Source: Chthoniobacterales bacterium
GTDB lineage: Bacteria; Verrucomicrobiota; Verrucomicrobiia; Chthoniobacterales; UBA10450
NCBI GenBank assembly: GCA_038234295.1
Contig: JBBSUP010000001.1
Span: 3,493-67,492, forward strand
Length of the DNA: 64,000 nt
Direction: 5' to 3'
Below, in pieces: positions 45,201 through 53,318 of the stretch. The number at the start of each line of letters is the position of its first letter. Position 1 is the stretch's first letter. Both the position numbers and the translations under genes were made by a program. The notes under the pieces were generated by a model. The model was not told the DNA's origin and did not search any database. It saw nothing but the letters and a program-made list of their open reading frames with translations.

Positions 45201-46896
45201 CGGTCGCCACCTTGCTCGCCTTCGTCGTCGTGAGGGCGGGGATTTGGCGGATCCCTGACACGACGGGAACGGAAGCCGCGAGATCCGACGCGCCCGCCGG
45301 CAAGAGCGGAATCTTCCAGCTCGGCCGCGGCACCGAGCGGCGGACGTAGAGGCGATGCTTCGCGTCCACGGGCGAGAAAAGCGCGTGCACGTTGCTCCCG
45401 CTCTCCGCGCCGCCGATGAAGAGAAGTCCACCGGAACGGAGCGAAAAATGGAAGAGATCGAACACCACTTCCTGCGCTTTCGGGTTGAGATAGATAAGGA
45501 GGTTGCGGCAGGAAATGAGGTCGAGATTCGAGAATGGGGTGTCGCTGAGGAGATTGTGCGCGGCGAAGAGCACCTTTTCGCGCAGGGTCCCGCGCACCCG
45601 GTAGCGCCCGTGGTCTTGGGCGAAAAAGCGGCGCAACCTTTCCGATGACACGTCCGCTTCGATCGTCACTGGATAGCTTCCCTGGCGCGCGTCGTTGATC
45701 GCCTGAGCATCGAGATCGGTCGCGAAAATCTGGATCGACGGCGGGTGCTCGAGACGCTCGGCGTGTTCGCAGAGCAGCATCGCGATCGAGAACGCTTCCT
45801 CACCCGTGGCGCAGCCGGCCGCCCAGACGCGGATTTGATCGTCCTTCGTTTTGCCGGCGAAAAGCTGCGGGACGTTTGCCTCGAGCGCAGCAAAGGAAGC
45901 ACGATCGCGGAAGAAATGCGTGACCCCGATGAGGAGATCGTGGAGCAGCTCCTTCGCTTCTGCCGGATGGCTGCGAAGAAATTTCTGATATTCCGGAATG
46001 CTCTCCATCGAATTCACCTGCAGCCGGCGCGCGATCCGGCGCAGGAGGGTGGCGCGCTTGTAATGCACGAAATCGTGCCCGGTTTGTTGGCGTAGAATCG
46101 TCAGCACCTCGCGGAGCGCGGCCTCATCCCGGGACTCGCGGGTTTCCACCGCCACCGTCTCGCCGCCGGGCGCTTCGTGCACTTTCGCGTCGGGCGTTTC
46201 CGCTTCCAGGATCTCCGGCGGGAGCTGCATCCGGCGCTCATTGTGCACAAACTCAAGGAGCTTCGGCGCCATCTCCGCCACCGACAGCACCCAATCGACC
46301 ATCCCGGTTCCGATCGCCGTCAGCGGCATGCTCTCGTGCTCCGCTTCCGTCGGATCCTGCGCGATCGTCACCCCGCCCTGAGCGCGGACGTGTTTCAACC
46401 CGATCACGCCATCCGAGTCCGTCCCCGAGAGAATGATGCAGACCGAGCGCTGCCCGTAGGCCTGCGCGAGGGTGCGAAAGAAAAGATCGATCGTGACCCG
46501 GCGGCCCGGCGCCTGTTGCGGCTCGAGGAGCCGGAGTGAGCCCTCTTCGAGCGCGAGCTGTTTGTTCGGCGGGATCACGTAGACGTGGTTCGGCCGGACT
46601 GGCACGGTCTCGTTCACCTGCATCACCGGCATGGCGGTTTTTTGCTGCAGGATGCTCGCGAGATTGCTCTCGTGATCCGGCGCGAGGTGCATCACCACGA
46701 CAAAGGCAAGGCCGCTGTCCGGCGCCATGTCGGTGAAAAATTGCTGGAGCACCGCGATCCCACCGGCGGAGGCGCCGAGGCCGACGACGGCGACGGGTTC
46801 ATCGCGGTCGCGGAGCTTCGCCGCGCCCTGACGCGCATTCTCCGTTGTCTCGTCGGTCGCAGCGGGATCGGGCGCGTCAGTGGGCGGGTTGGACAT
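42277..46896 (-). CDS. CheB methylesterase - CheR methyltransferase - PAS repeats - HisKA_3/HATPase hybrid sensor kinase
   Basis: 1539 aa from ATG 46896. CheB-like VVGLGASAGGIAVLQQFF..ILSGTDSDGVIGL, CheR-like FFRDRASF..VWAAGCATGEEAFSIAMLL, a long coiled coil and several PAS blocks. H-box DLHDSLCQELAAAAL and ATPase DDDGKGL..GMGLHIMSYRA. The track extension to 47352 is Arg/Gly-rich noise. Confidence 0.85.
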   Translation of the reverse strand: MSNPPTDAPDPAATDETTENARQGAAKLRDRDEPVAVVGLGASAGGIAVLQQFFTDMAPDSGLAFVVVMHLAPDHESNLASILQQKTAMPVMQVNETVPVRPNHVYVIPPNKQLALEEGSLRLLEPQQAPGRRVTIDLFFRTLAQAYGQRSVCIILSGTDSDGVIGLKHVRAQGGVTIAQDPTEAEHESMPLTAIGTGMVDWVLSVAEMAPKLLEFVHNERRMQLPPEILEAETPDAKVHEAPGGETVAVETRESRDEAALREVLTILRQQTGHDFVHYKRATLLRRIARRLQVNSMESIPEYQKFLRSHPAEAKELLHDLLIGVTHFFRDRASFAALEANVPQLFAGKTKDDQIRVWAAGCATGEEAFSIAMLLCEHAERLEHPPSIQIFATDLDAQAINDARQGSYPVTIEADVSSERLRRFFAQDHGRYRVRGTLREKVLFAAHNLLSDTPFSNLDLISCRNLLIYLNPKAQEVVFDLFHFSLRSGGLLFIGGAESGSNVHALFSPVDAKHRLYVRRSVPRPSWKIPLLPAGASDLAASVPVVSGIRQIPALTTTKASKVATETRESAHAGQERRAALFGELHLKLLEQYGPPSVVVNQAHDIVHLSEHAGRYLHFAPGEPTANLLKAIDPALKIEARTALFRAAQTKEPINGTPVTVEFEGTREVIALQVRPIRAEDVEQGFYLVLFEKKEKATAAPEAPVSHDAVTRDLEAELEALKRQLNDASEENEASNEELRASKEELQAVNEEMRSATEELETSKEELQSLNEELITVNDELKSSVEDLSRTNAELTNLMASTDIGTIFLDRQLRVQRFTPSAQKVFNLIPADIGRPLSDITHKLAYDALVGDAEKVLENLAGIEREVRLTDDQWYLVRIAPYRTADDHIGGVVATFIDITRRKRAEDELRASNEQAVAQLHKFDTVMAAVPDFLYEFDLAGRFTYISQSLLDLWRLSLEQALGRNFHELDYPPELATKLQRQIRQVIETGDSHKDETLYTSALGPRIYEYIFFPLLADGGAIKGVGGVTRDITDRKQAVEALRESEERFRQFAENSADTLWITNAKTRQLEYLSPAFEAMWGESRVVAMRNPQRWNELLHPDDRSRLAGTLDHLISGEGATVEYRIVRPSDGAVRWIRDTGFPIRDENGVVTRVAGVAQDLTAERERVAQLQAAEERFRLLVEGARDYAMFLIGLDNCISYWSAGAERIFGWSAEEAVGQTGELIFTPEDIANGREEKERAIALRDGSASDCRWHLRKDGSRVWVDGAMRRLDDDAGNHRGFAKVAQDATERWESGERLKQTQLDLERRVKERTAALTAANRQLQEEIDRRSNLEQEILHVSEREKRRIGQDLHDSLCQELAAAALFLQSTAQNLGPKKVAEVKALTEAAKIVNDNVGLARDLARGLHPVELGLSGLTNALRELAFRTHDGVTCRFECPKPIRIRDDVVSLNLYRIAQEAVTNSLKHAQPKEIVISLLRNRRGLILTVDDDGKGLPAKPAPKGMGLHIMSYRANAIGATCEAVSRQGGGTRVRCVLPPH

Positions 46897-47030
46897 TTTC
46901 TTGAGCGAACGGCGGGACGACCACGAGGCCTTACCTTCCGGGCCAATATCGCAGTCTGCGCCCCGGCTGGTCGCAATGCAATGCGCAGGCGGGCCGGTGC
47001 AGACAGAACGTGCCAGCGATTCGGCCGCCT

Positions 47031-47330
47031 TTACCCCTGCGCCGGTGAGGCGTCGGCGTGTCCGGTACGGCCGTCGCACGCGAAATCCTGCGGCTCCATC
47101 ATGATCCACTCGATCGGCACCGCCGGGCATCCTTCGGTCGGGCATTCCAACCGCAAATCCGACATCCGGCGCCGGACGCGCACGACCTTGATCGCCCGCC
47201 CGGTGATGACCTCCCCGCAGCGGCGACAGCGCCGCTCCTCGTCGATCGAATCCCAATGGTGGAAAATGTCGAGCGCCTGGAGTGCGGCGAGCTTCGCCGC
47301 GGGCGAAAGCGAGACAGGTTCCGGCCACAT
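47031..47330 (-). CDS. small Cys4 (zinc-ribbon-like) protein, unknown family, paralog 1
   Basis: 99 aa: ..KLAALQALDIFHHWDSIDEERRCRRCGEVITGRAIKV....LRLECPTEGCPAVPIEWI. It is about 40% identical by eye to the divergent ORF at 47447-47845. Confidence 0.55.
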   Translation of the reverse strand: MWPEPVSLSPAAKLAALQALDIFHHWDSIDEERRCRRCGEVITGRAIKVVRVRRRMSDLRLECPTEGCPAVPIEWIMMEPQDFACDGRTGHADASPAQG

Positions 47331-47446
47331 GCGCTGAGATTATTCTTTGCACCCGGCATCTCCAATCGGGCGCGAGACGGAGCCGCTCCTAAGGAAAACT
47401 TCTAGCCGCTCTGGCGCTCGCCGGTGTTTTTCCCGGGATTAAGATT

Positions 47447-47845
47447 TTGACCGAGCCGAGGAGTCGGAAGCCGCCCGATTGCGCCAGGCGGCCGGTCGCA
47501 TTCATTCCTGCACCGGTGAACAAGCGGATTCCATTGGATCGGAAGTTATCTGCGTTGCAGGCGAGCGACACCTATCGCCGATGGAATTCACTCGATGACC
47601 AGCGCGTCTGCATCCTCTGCGGGCACCTCATCACCGGCCGCATGATCGAGGTCTGGGAAAGCACGCGCGGGATTCTGCACCTGCACTGCCCGACCCCGGG
47701 TTGCACGAGTAAACCCCGCGACTGGTTCTATCATGGCGTAGCTCGCGCTGCGCGGATACGGGTCACCCAAAGCCGGGGGCCCATCCTCGGCTTTGGTTAC
47801 AAGTCCCAGGCTGCGAGCGCGAAGCCGAGCGCGCGCCGCGCCTAG
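47447..47845 (+). CDS. small Cys4 (zinc-ribbon-like) protein, unknown family, paralog 2
   Basis: ..KLSALQASDTYRRWNSLDDQRVCILCGHLITGRMIEV....LHLHCPTPGCTSKPRDWF. The track start is TTG 47447; in-frame GTG 47516 would give an N-terminus matching paralog 1. Confidence 0.55.
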   Translation: MTEPRSRKPPDCARRPVAFIPAPVNKRIPLDRKLSALQASDTYRRWNSLDDQRVCILCGHLITGRMIEVWESTRGILHLHCPTPGCTSKPRDWFYHGVARAARIRVTQSRGPILGFGYKSQAASAKPSARRA

Positions 47846-48162
47846 ACTTTTGCCTGCGAATCCCGCGGCTTGTCGGGCGTTCTTTCCGGCGGTTTTCCGG
47901 GCATCTTCGGTCCCCCGACTGCTTCCTTCGGGTCGTTCACATTCCCTGAATCGGAGCCGCCCTTTTTCGACATGCTGTGCTGCGCGCCTCCGCCCTCCTG
48001 GTGCCGCCGCTCTCCCGCTTCGTGTTTCGCGGATTGATCCTCCTCAAGTTTCCGCCTTTTCTGCTCGCGGGCGTTATCGGTGAGCTCGTCGATCGGCGCC
48101 GACGCAGTGTCGTGGGCGCTCTGTTTGTCCTTGCTGGTGTGTTCTTTTCCTTCTTGGTCCAT
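47842..48162 (-). CDS. possible small hydrophilic Lys/Glu/Asp-rich protein
   Basis: 106 aa from ATG 48162 (MDQEGKEHTSKDKQSAHDTASAPIDELTDNAREQKRRKLEEDQSAKHEAGERRHQEGG..). No motif; composition resembles desiccation or stress-type proteins. Confidence 0.35.
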   Translation of the reverse strand: MDQEGKEHTSKDKQSAHDTASAPIDELTDNAREQKRRKLEEDQSAKHEAGERRHQEGGGAQHSMSKKGGSDSGNVNDPKEAVGGPKMPGKPPERTPDKPRDSQAKV

Positions 48163-48391
48163 GCCCAAGGAAACGCTGGCCGCGACCGTTTGGGATGCCT
48201 CAGCTTTCCTGCTCGACTCCTGGCCATTCCAAGTTTCCCTCTCGAACAGACCCCGATTTGAGCATCTTTCTGCGCGAGGAAGGGTCGGCCGAATCGAAGC
48301 CAGTCGAGAGTACCGCCGTGGAAACGAATAAGTAGGTCGCCGCAAATGAAGGCGGGATTTGGTCCCGTTTCTCTCGGCCGATTCGTTCTGT

Positions 48392-48507
48392 AAAACCACC
48401 GGCCGGCCAGCGCGCGATCCTCTTTTATACTATGAAGAATGAAACAGTGCAGAAAACGAGCACACGCGCGCGCGCCAGCGGGGGCTGACCGTGTTCTCGT
48501 TAGGCGG
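48392..48507 (+). repeat. ~105-bp intergenic repeat, family E, copy 1
   Basis: The start AAACCACCGGCCGGC and the end CACACGCGCGCGCGCCAGCGGGGGCTGACCGTGTTCTCGTTAGGCGG match copies at 51414-51515 and 53197-53303. It ends 9 nt before the ATG of the next gene. Confidence 0.65.
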
Positions 48508-48515
48508 CTCAGGAT

Positions 48516-48881
48516 ATGGAACGTTTCCGCCAGATAATCGAACTCGTCGGAAGCGCGGTCGACGCCGTGGGGGTGCTCGTTCTGATAATCGGCGCCCTCT
48601 ATGCGACGATCGGATTTCTTTTTCGCAGGCAGACCGGGGGGGACAGCCCCTATCACACTTACCGGAGGAACATGGGGAAGGCGATCCTTCTGGGGTTGGA
48701 ATTTCTGGTGGCCGCGGACATCATTCGGACAGTCATCGTCTCACCGACCATCGAGCATGTTCTCGCGTTAGGTCTGGTCGTGCTCGTTCGCACGTTTCTA
48801 AGCATGTCTCTTGAAGTGGAGTTGGAGGGGCGATGGCCGTGGCAACGCGCTGGAGTTCGGAATGATCGCCCTGCCGCCTGA
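48516..48881 (+). CDS. DUF1622-family membrane protein
   Basis: 121 aa with hydrophobic helices and GKAILLGLEFLVAADIIRTV..LVVLVRTFLSMSLEVE, which I recall as the DUF1622 pattern. Confidence 0.75.
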   Translation: MERFRQIIELVGSAVDAVGVLVLIIGALYATIGFLFRRQTGGDSPYHTYRRNMGKAILLGLEFLVAADIIRTVIVSPTIEHVLALGLVVLVRTFLSMSLEVELEGRWPWQRAGVRNDRPAA

Positions 48882-49288
48882 CCATGCACGAAAGGCGCCA
48901 GTCTGAATCACCGACCAGGAAGGACAGCGACCCGCTCCGCGTCTCGCCGCGATGCAAGGATTTCTTAATGAAGCATTCCGGGTCTGCGCGCTCGACTTTG
49001 CTCCCAAAGAAATCGAACCGCAGTTAAGTCTCTCCGCGGAAGCGTCTGGTGTGAGCGGTGACTAAGTCCGCCTCCTGCGGTTTTTTTGCACGCTCTTGCG
49101 CGATGCAATCAACCTAAGCCCTTCAGCCGGGCTCTTCACGCCCTTGGAAGAAGGGCGCAGATCTGGAGTCGACCGCGGCGGCCTGGGCTTGGGTCGCCTT
49201 CCTGTTCATTGGCTTTCGAAGCGCATGGGGCTCCCTGCCCCGCCAGCGGCGGAGTTATTTTCATTGTCAGCCTGCCCCCCGTGTAATA

Positions 49289-49681
49289 GTGAAAGACTTC
49301 ATGCCCGCCGTTCGTGTTCTCGTCGTGGAAGATCATCCTGATACCGCGCAGGGCATAAAGAGATACTTGGAGTTAACCGGTCACCGGGTGGAGGTCGCCT
49401 CTGATGTCAAGTCGGCCTTAGACCTTGCCGTAACCTTCGACTTCGAGGTCCTGGTTTGTGATTTAATGCTGCCGGATGGCACCGGTTGGGAACTGATGGA
49501 AACGCTCTGTAAGCAGAGGCCCGTCCGCGGGATTGCTTTCTCTGCCTATGGTGAACCGGAAGACCTCGCGAGGAGCAAGGCATATGGATTCGCCGAGCAC
49601 ATCGTCAAAGGCTCATCGGCGGAGACGCTGGTGGGCGCGATTAGCCGCCTGGCTGGTGCGCAGGCGCAAGCGGCGAATTGA
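49289..49681 (+). CDS. single-domain response regulator (CheY-like receiver)
   Basis: 130 aa with VLVVEDHPD, EVLVCDLMLPDGTGWEL (phospho-Asp present), GIAFSAYG and HIVKG. Confidence 0.85.
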   Translation: MKDFMPAVRVLVVEDHPDTAQGIKRYLELTGHRVEVASDVKSALDLAVTFDFEVLVCDLMLPDGTGWELMETLCKQRPVRGIAFSAYGEPEDLARSKAYGFAEHIVKGSSAETLVGAISRLAGAQAQAAN

Positions 49682-49690
49682 AGCGAAGAT

Positions 49691-50827
49691 TTACTTCGGC
49701 GCCGCGGGGAGTGTGAAGCTGAAGGTCGCGCCGGAGCCGTGGACGCTCTCTGCGCTCACTGTGCCTCCGTGAGCTTCCACGATCTGTTTCACAATCGTAA
49801 GCCCGAGCCCGCTACCTTCTTTCTCCGGATCGCTCGCCAGTTTATGGAAAACGCTCGAGAGCAATTCCAGGGGAATCCCCGCACCATTATCCTGCACGAC
49901 ACAGGTCACCGCGCCCGCCTCTTCGCGCGCGCTAATCACAATCCGGCCGCGGGCCGCGTATTTAAAAGCGTTGCCGAGCAAGTTCTGAAAGACCTGAGAG
50001 ATGAGGCCGGCATCAGCGAAGACGGTGAGGACATGCGAGATCTCGTTCATCACCTCGATGTCGTGTTTCGATGAAACCGCTTTTAGATCCAGGACCAGCC
50101 GCTGGACCAAAGGCCAGAGTTCAAATGTGCGCCGCTCCGGTTGAAACGAACTCCCCCTGCCGGAAGGTTGCGCCTTGGTCTTGAGCACCTTTTGAACCAG
50201 GCTCTCCACTCGCCCGAGATTCCGGCGCAGGCCGGCAAAGATCTCGTCCGTGGCCGGGGAATTAGCTTCACCAAACTCCTCTTTCAGCGCGTCGGTTAAT
50301 AAGGAAACGGCGTTCAGCGGCGTGCGCAGATCGTGCGCGATGAAGGCGAGATGTTCGTCCTCCTGCTCTTTGCGAATCAGCGCCTGCTGCGCCGCAAAGG
50401 CGGTCACTGCCAGGCGCACGGCTTCGTCGATGCGGTGATTGATAATGCGTGCGGCCTCGCCCACGACGAAAAGGTCATGCCGGTCTGCCACCGTGATGAA
50501 GGCCGTGCGCAGGAGATTGTATTCCGCCACCACTTCACCCACATCCAAGCCATCGTGAAAACGCTGCACTCCATGCACTGGCGGACTGCCCTTGGTATGA
50601 TCGACGGAAAGAGCGCCGGCGCTGCTGAACGCGAGATCGCGTGTAATCTCAGCGATGAGGCCCGGGAGGTGATCGGTGATCGTCGGCTTATCGAGCTGTA
50701 GGTCACGCAGGAGCTCGTTGGCATGGGACCGCCATTCACTGATGATCTCTTCCTGGCAGCCTTCGAAGACCACGGCGAGATGTTCGACGGTGCAATGTTC
50801 CTGAGCCGGCACTCCTGAACTTGCCAT
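49691..50827 (-). CDS. sensor histidine kinase
   Basis: 378 aa with H-box FIAHDLRTPLNAV, N-box FQNLLGNAFKYA, G1 VQDNGAGIP and G2 GSGLGLTIVKQIVEAHGG. Convergent with the receiver gene. Confidence 0.88.
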   Translation of the reverse strand: MASSGVPAQEHCTVEHLAVVFEGCQEEIISEWRSHANELLRDLQLDKPTITDHLPGLIAEITRDLAFSSAGALSVDHTKGSPPVHGVQRFHDGLDVGEVVAEYNLLRTAFITVADRHDLFVVGEAARIINHRIDEAVRLAVTAFAAQQALIRKEQEDEHLAFIAHDLRTPLNAVSLLTDALKEEFGEANSPATDEIFAGLRRNLGRVESLVQKVLKTKAQPSGRGSSFQPERRTFELWPLVQRLVLDLKAVSSKHDIEVMNEISHVLTVFADAGLISQVFQNLLGNAFKYAARGRIVISAREEAGAVTCVVQDNGAGIPLELLSSVFHKLASDPEKEGSGLGLTIVKQIVEAHGGTVSAESVHGSGATFSFTLPAAPK

Positions 50828-50905
50828 ACGACATGGGTAATAGCAGCCGAGAACTTCTTGCCGGCTGAGCGACCAGTTGGCGCGGGTGAGGCACCCAGCA
50901 CCGCG

Positions 50906-51005
50906 CTAAGTCAAAGCGGCCTCAGCCACCGAGTGCCGCGGCAGATCGATCGTGAAGACGCAGCCGGAGCCGGGCACCTCGCGCACGCTCAGAGTTCCCT
51001 TTACT
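50906..51005 (-). pseudogene. remnant of a histidine-kinase C-terminus
   Basis: The minus-strand translation ends ..GGVVKGTLSVREVPGSGCVFTIDLPR, the typical last strand-helix of a HATPase_c domain. Nothing kinase-like lies upstream. Confidence 0.4.
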
Positions 51006-51121
51006 ACACCTCCACGCTGCGCCGCTGTGCGCCTCGCGCGGCCAGACAAACGGGCCTGGCACCCGGTCGTGTTCCACCTGATTTCGCCCACCGGTGTAGA
51101 ACTCCCAACGCTAGGCGATGC

Positions 51122-51268
51122 TTTGCCCAGTGGCGCAGTGTCGAAGACTACGAAGCCATGTTCAAGAATCCTGCCGTTCTACCGCACATGCAGCAGGCAG
51201 CCGCTCTCGCCAAGTTTGAGCATGGCTTATATGAGGTCGTTGATACTGCAACGACCGGAGACGCCTAA
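51122..51268 (+). pseudogene. possible remnant of an ABM (antibiotic-biosynthesis-monooxygenase-like) domain gene
   Basis: Only the C-terminal FAQWRSVEDYEAMFKNPAVLPHMQQAAALAKFEHGLYEVV looks ABM-like. Upstream residues in this frame are Arg/Pro-rich noise, and a plausible continuation sits in another frame. Confidence 0.35.
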
Positions 51269-51413
51269 CCCAGGCGTGAAGCTGAAGCGAAACGGCGTCC
51301 GACCCCGCTTCTTATGCTTCAAACCTTTCCCCGAAAAACCGCGCGATGGCAAACGCGTGGCCGAGATTGCGGATCAATTCGTCAAAGGCAGCGCCGCCTA
51401 ATCAGGCAATAAG

Positions 51414-51515
51414 CAAACCATTGGTCGGCGTACGCTCAAGTCTCTCATGACTTACCTCACATCCCGCAACCCCGCGCGCCCTTGCCAGCAGTAGCTGATC
51501 TTGTTCCCGTCCGGC
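51414..51515 (+). repeat. family E intergenic repeat, copy 2 (3' end degenerate: CGTCCGGC instead of CGTTAGGC)
   Basis: Aligns over about 100 nt at roughly 70-75% by eye with 53197-53303 (..GGTCGGCGTACGCTCAAGTCTCTCATGACT...GCCAGCAGTAGCTGATCTTGTTCCCGTCCGGC). Confidence 0.65.
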
Positions 51516-51617
51516 GCAGAGAGCGAAAATCCGCTGAGTCGTTGCGAAATGCCAGGAATGCGACGAACGGTCGCGCTCCCTTCGAATCACTCGTTGCGGC
51601 TGACGTGGGAGAAGACC

Positions 51618-53066
51618 ATGAAAGAGAAATCCGCAACGGTTGAGAAAAAACAGAGCGCATTTAAACGCTTTGTCCCGGCAATCGCATTGCTCGTGGCCGG
51701 CGCTCTCGTTGTTCTGCTTTGGTGGACTGCTCCTTTGCTGCGGACTGCGACGGGGTCGGTCAGCAGCGCCGTGTGCGCGGGAGTATTCATCTCTGGGCTC
51801 GATCCGGAGCAAGTCTATCGCGAGGAACAGTTGCCAAATCCGGGTATATCCAAGTTGAATTGGGCTCTGCGTTACACGGTTGACCGGGCGCGCAGAGAGG
51901 TTAGCACGACGATTTTAGGTCGGTTTGAGTCTCGGGCTGTTTACCGCGAAGGCTTCGGCTGTCACCTCGTGTTAGGAGACTCGCCGTCAATCATCGACCG
52001 GGCCATTCCACCCGTGGCGATTCCTGAGGTTAAAGGAAACGTCCCGCCACTGGTCGAAGCAATCGATCCACGATTATCATCGGCGCTTGATGCGGCGTTT
52101 GCGGAAGTCGATCCCCGCGGGTGGCGCCAGACCAAGGCTGTCGTGGTGCTGCGGAATGGCAAGCTCATTGCCGAGCGTTACGCGTCGGGCTATGGCGTGA
52201 ACACCGCCATTTGGGGCCACTCGCTGACGAAATCGGTGACGAATGCGCTGATCGGTATTCTGGTCCGAGAGGGCAAGCTGGAAGTCGATGAGGCTGCGCC
52301 GGTGGCCGCGTGGCAGTCGCCGAGCGACCCCCGGCGCGGTATCACCTTGAATCAATTGCTGCGGATGAGCAGCGGACTGCCGCCGGACGAGAACAACGAT
52401 ACGATTACGCTGGCCACGCGCATGTGGTTTCTGGAGCCGGACTCAGTGGCCTTTGCGGCGAGCCAGCGACTTGCCGCAGTGCCCGGCACGCGTTGGGCCT
52501 ACAGTAACCTCGGCTACGCGCTACTTTCCGGCGTGGTCCGCGATGCCGCGGGCGACGGCGAGCCGAGCCGGACGCTTGCGTTTATCCGGAAAGAACTTTT
52601 TCAGCCTGTAGGCATGGAGCACGCCACGCTGGAATTTGATTCGGCCGGGACACCGGAGGGAAACGCTTTCCTCTTCGCGACGGCGCGCGACTGGGCGCGC
52701 TTCGGTCAACTTTATTTGGATGACGGCTTGGTCCAAGGCCGCCGCATACTCCCCGAAGGCTGGGTAAAATATAGCGTTAGGCCAACACTCGATACCGGCT
52801 ATGGCGCCGGCTTTTGGACTAACCTGAAGAAGGATGGCGAGATTCCCTATTGGGGGATCGAATGGGGGTTGCCCAGTCTGCCGCCGGATACCTATTTCGG
52901 ACGTGGCGCGCTGGGCCAGTACATCGTCATCGTGCCGTCGAAGCGAATTGTGGTGGTGCGCCTCGGCCTGAGCCATGACACGAGTGCGGGCGTAGGGAAG
53001 TTAGCTGCGTCGATTCTCCAAGCGCTGGAGTCTCAACCCGGCGAGCTTCCAGGATCGAGCCGTTAA
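51618..53066 (+). CDS. beta-lactamase-related serine hydrolase (class C / PBP4*-like family), membrane-anchored
   Basis: 482 aa from ATG 51618. N-terminal helix FVPAIALLVAGALVVLLWW and Ser-x-x-Lys motif GHSLTKSVTNALIG. Length and composition fit the family. Confidence 0.8.
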   Translation: MKEKSATVEKKQSAFKRFVPAIALLVAGALVVLLWWTAPLLRTATGSVSSAVCAGVFISGLDPEQVYREEQLPNPGISKLNWALRYTVDRARREVSTTILGRFESRAVYREGFGCHLVLGDSPSIIDRAIPPVAIPEVKGNVPPLVEAIDPRLSSALDAAFAEVDPRGWRQTKAVVVLRNGKLIAERYASGYGVNTAIWGHSLTKSVTNALIGILVREGKLEVDEAAPVAAWQSPSDPRRGITLNQLLRMSSGLPPDENNDTITLATRMWFLEPDSVAFAASQRLAAVPGTRWAYSNLGYALLSGVVRDAAGDGEPSRTLAFIRKELFQPVGMEHATLEFDSAGTPEGNAFLFATARDWARFGQLYLDDGLVQGRRILPEGWVKYSVRPTLDTGYGAGFWTNLKKDGEIPYWGIEWGLPSLPPDTYFGRGALGQYIVIVPSKRIVVVRLGLSHDTSAGVGKLAASILQALESQPGELPGSSR

Positions 53067-53196
53067 CGGGCGCTTCCATCATTCGATAGGGTGCATTCCT
53101 ACGAGGCGTCGTCAAAACAGAGAACGCACCATTCGCGCACACCGAGCGAGGGGTCATTCCAGTGTCGCGCGAACCAAGACCTGACCTTACGATGCA

Positions 53197-53303
53197 GCTA
53201 ACCGCTGGCCGGCATACGCTCAAGCTTTTCATGACTCGAATCTCATCTCGCGCTCCCACACGGGCCCTGGTCAGCGGCGGCTGATCTTGCTCTCGTTAGG
53301 CCG
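53197..53303 (+). repeat. family E intergenic repeat, copy 3
   Basis: GCTAACCGCTGGCCGGCATACGCTCAAGCTTTTCATGACT...GGTCAGCGGCGGCTGATCTTGCTCTCGTTAGGCC. Its termini CTAAC / GTTAG are inverted. It ends 15 nt before ATG 53319. Confidence 0.7.
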
Positions 53304-53318
53304 CACCACCAACTCCCG

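Noticed and set aside
49068-49087. A possible terminator CCGC-CTCCT-GCGG followed by T7, downstream of the DUF1622 gene.
   Set aside because: The stem is only 4 bp and lies about 190 nt from the stop codon, which is too weak to call.
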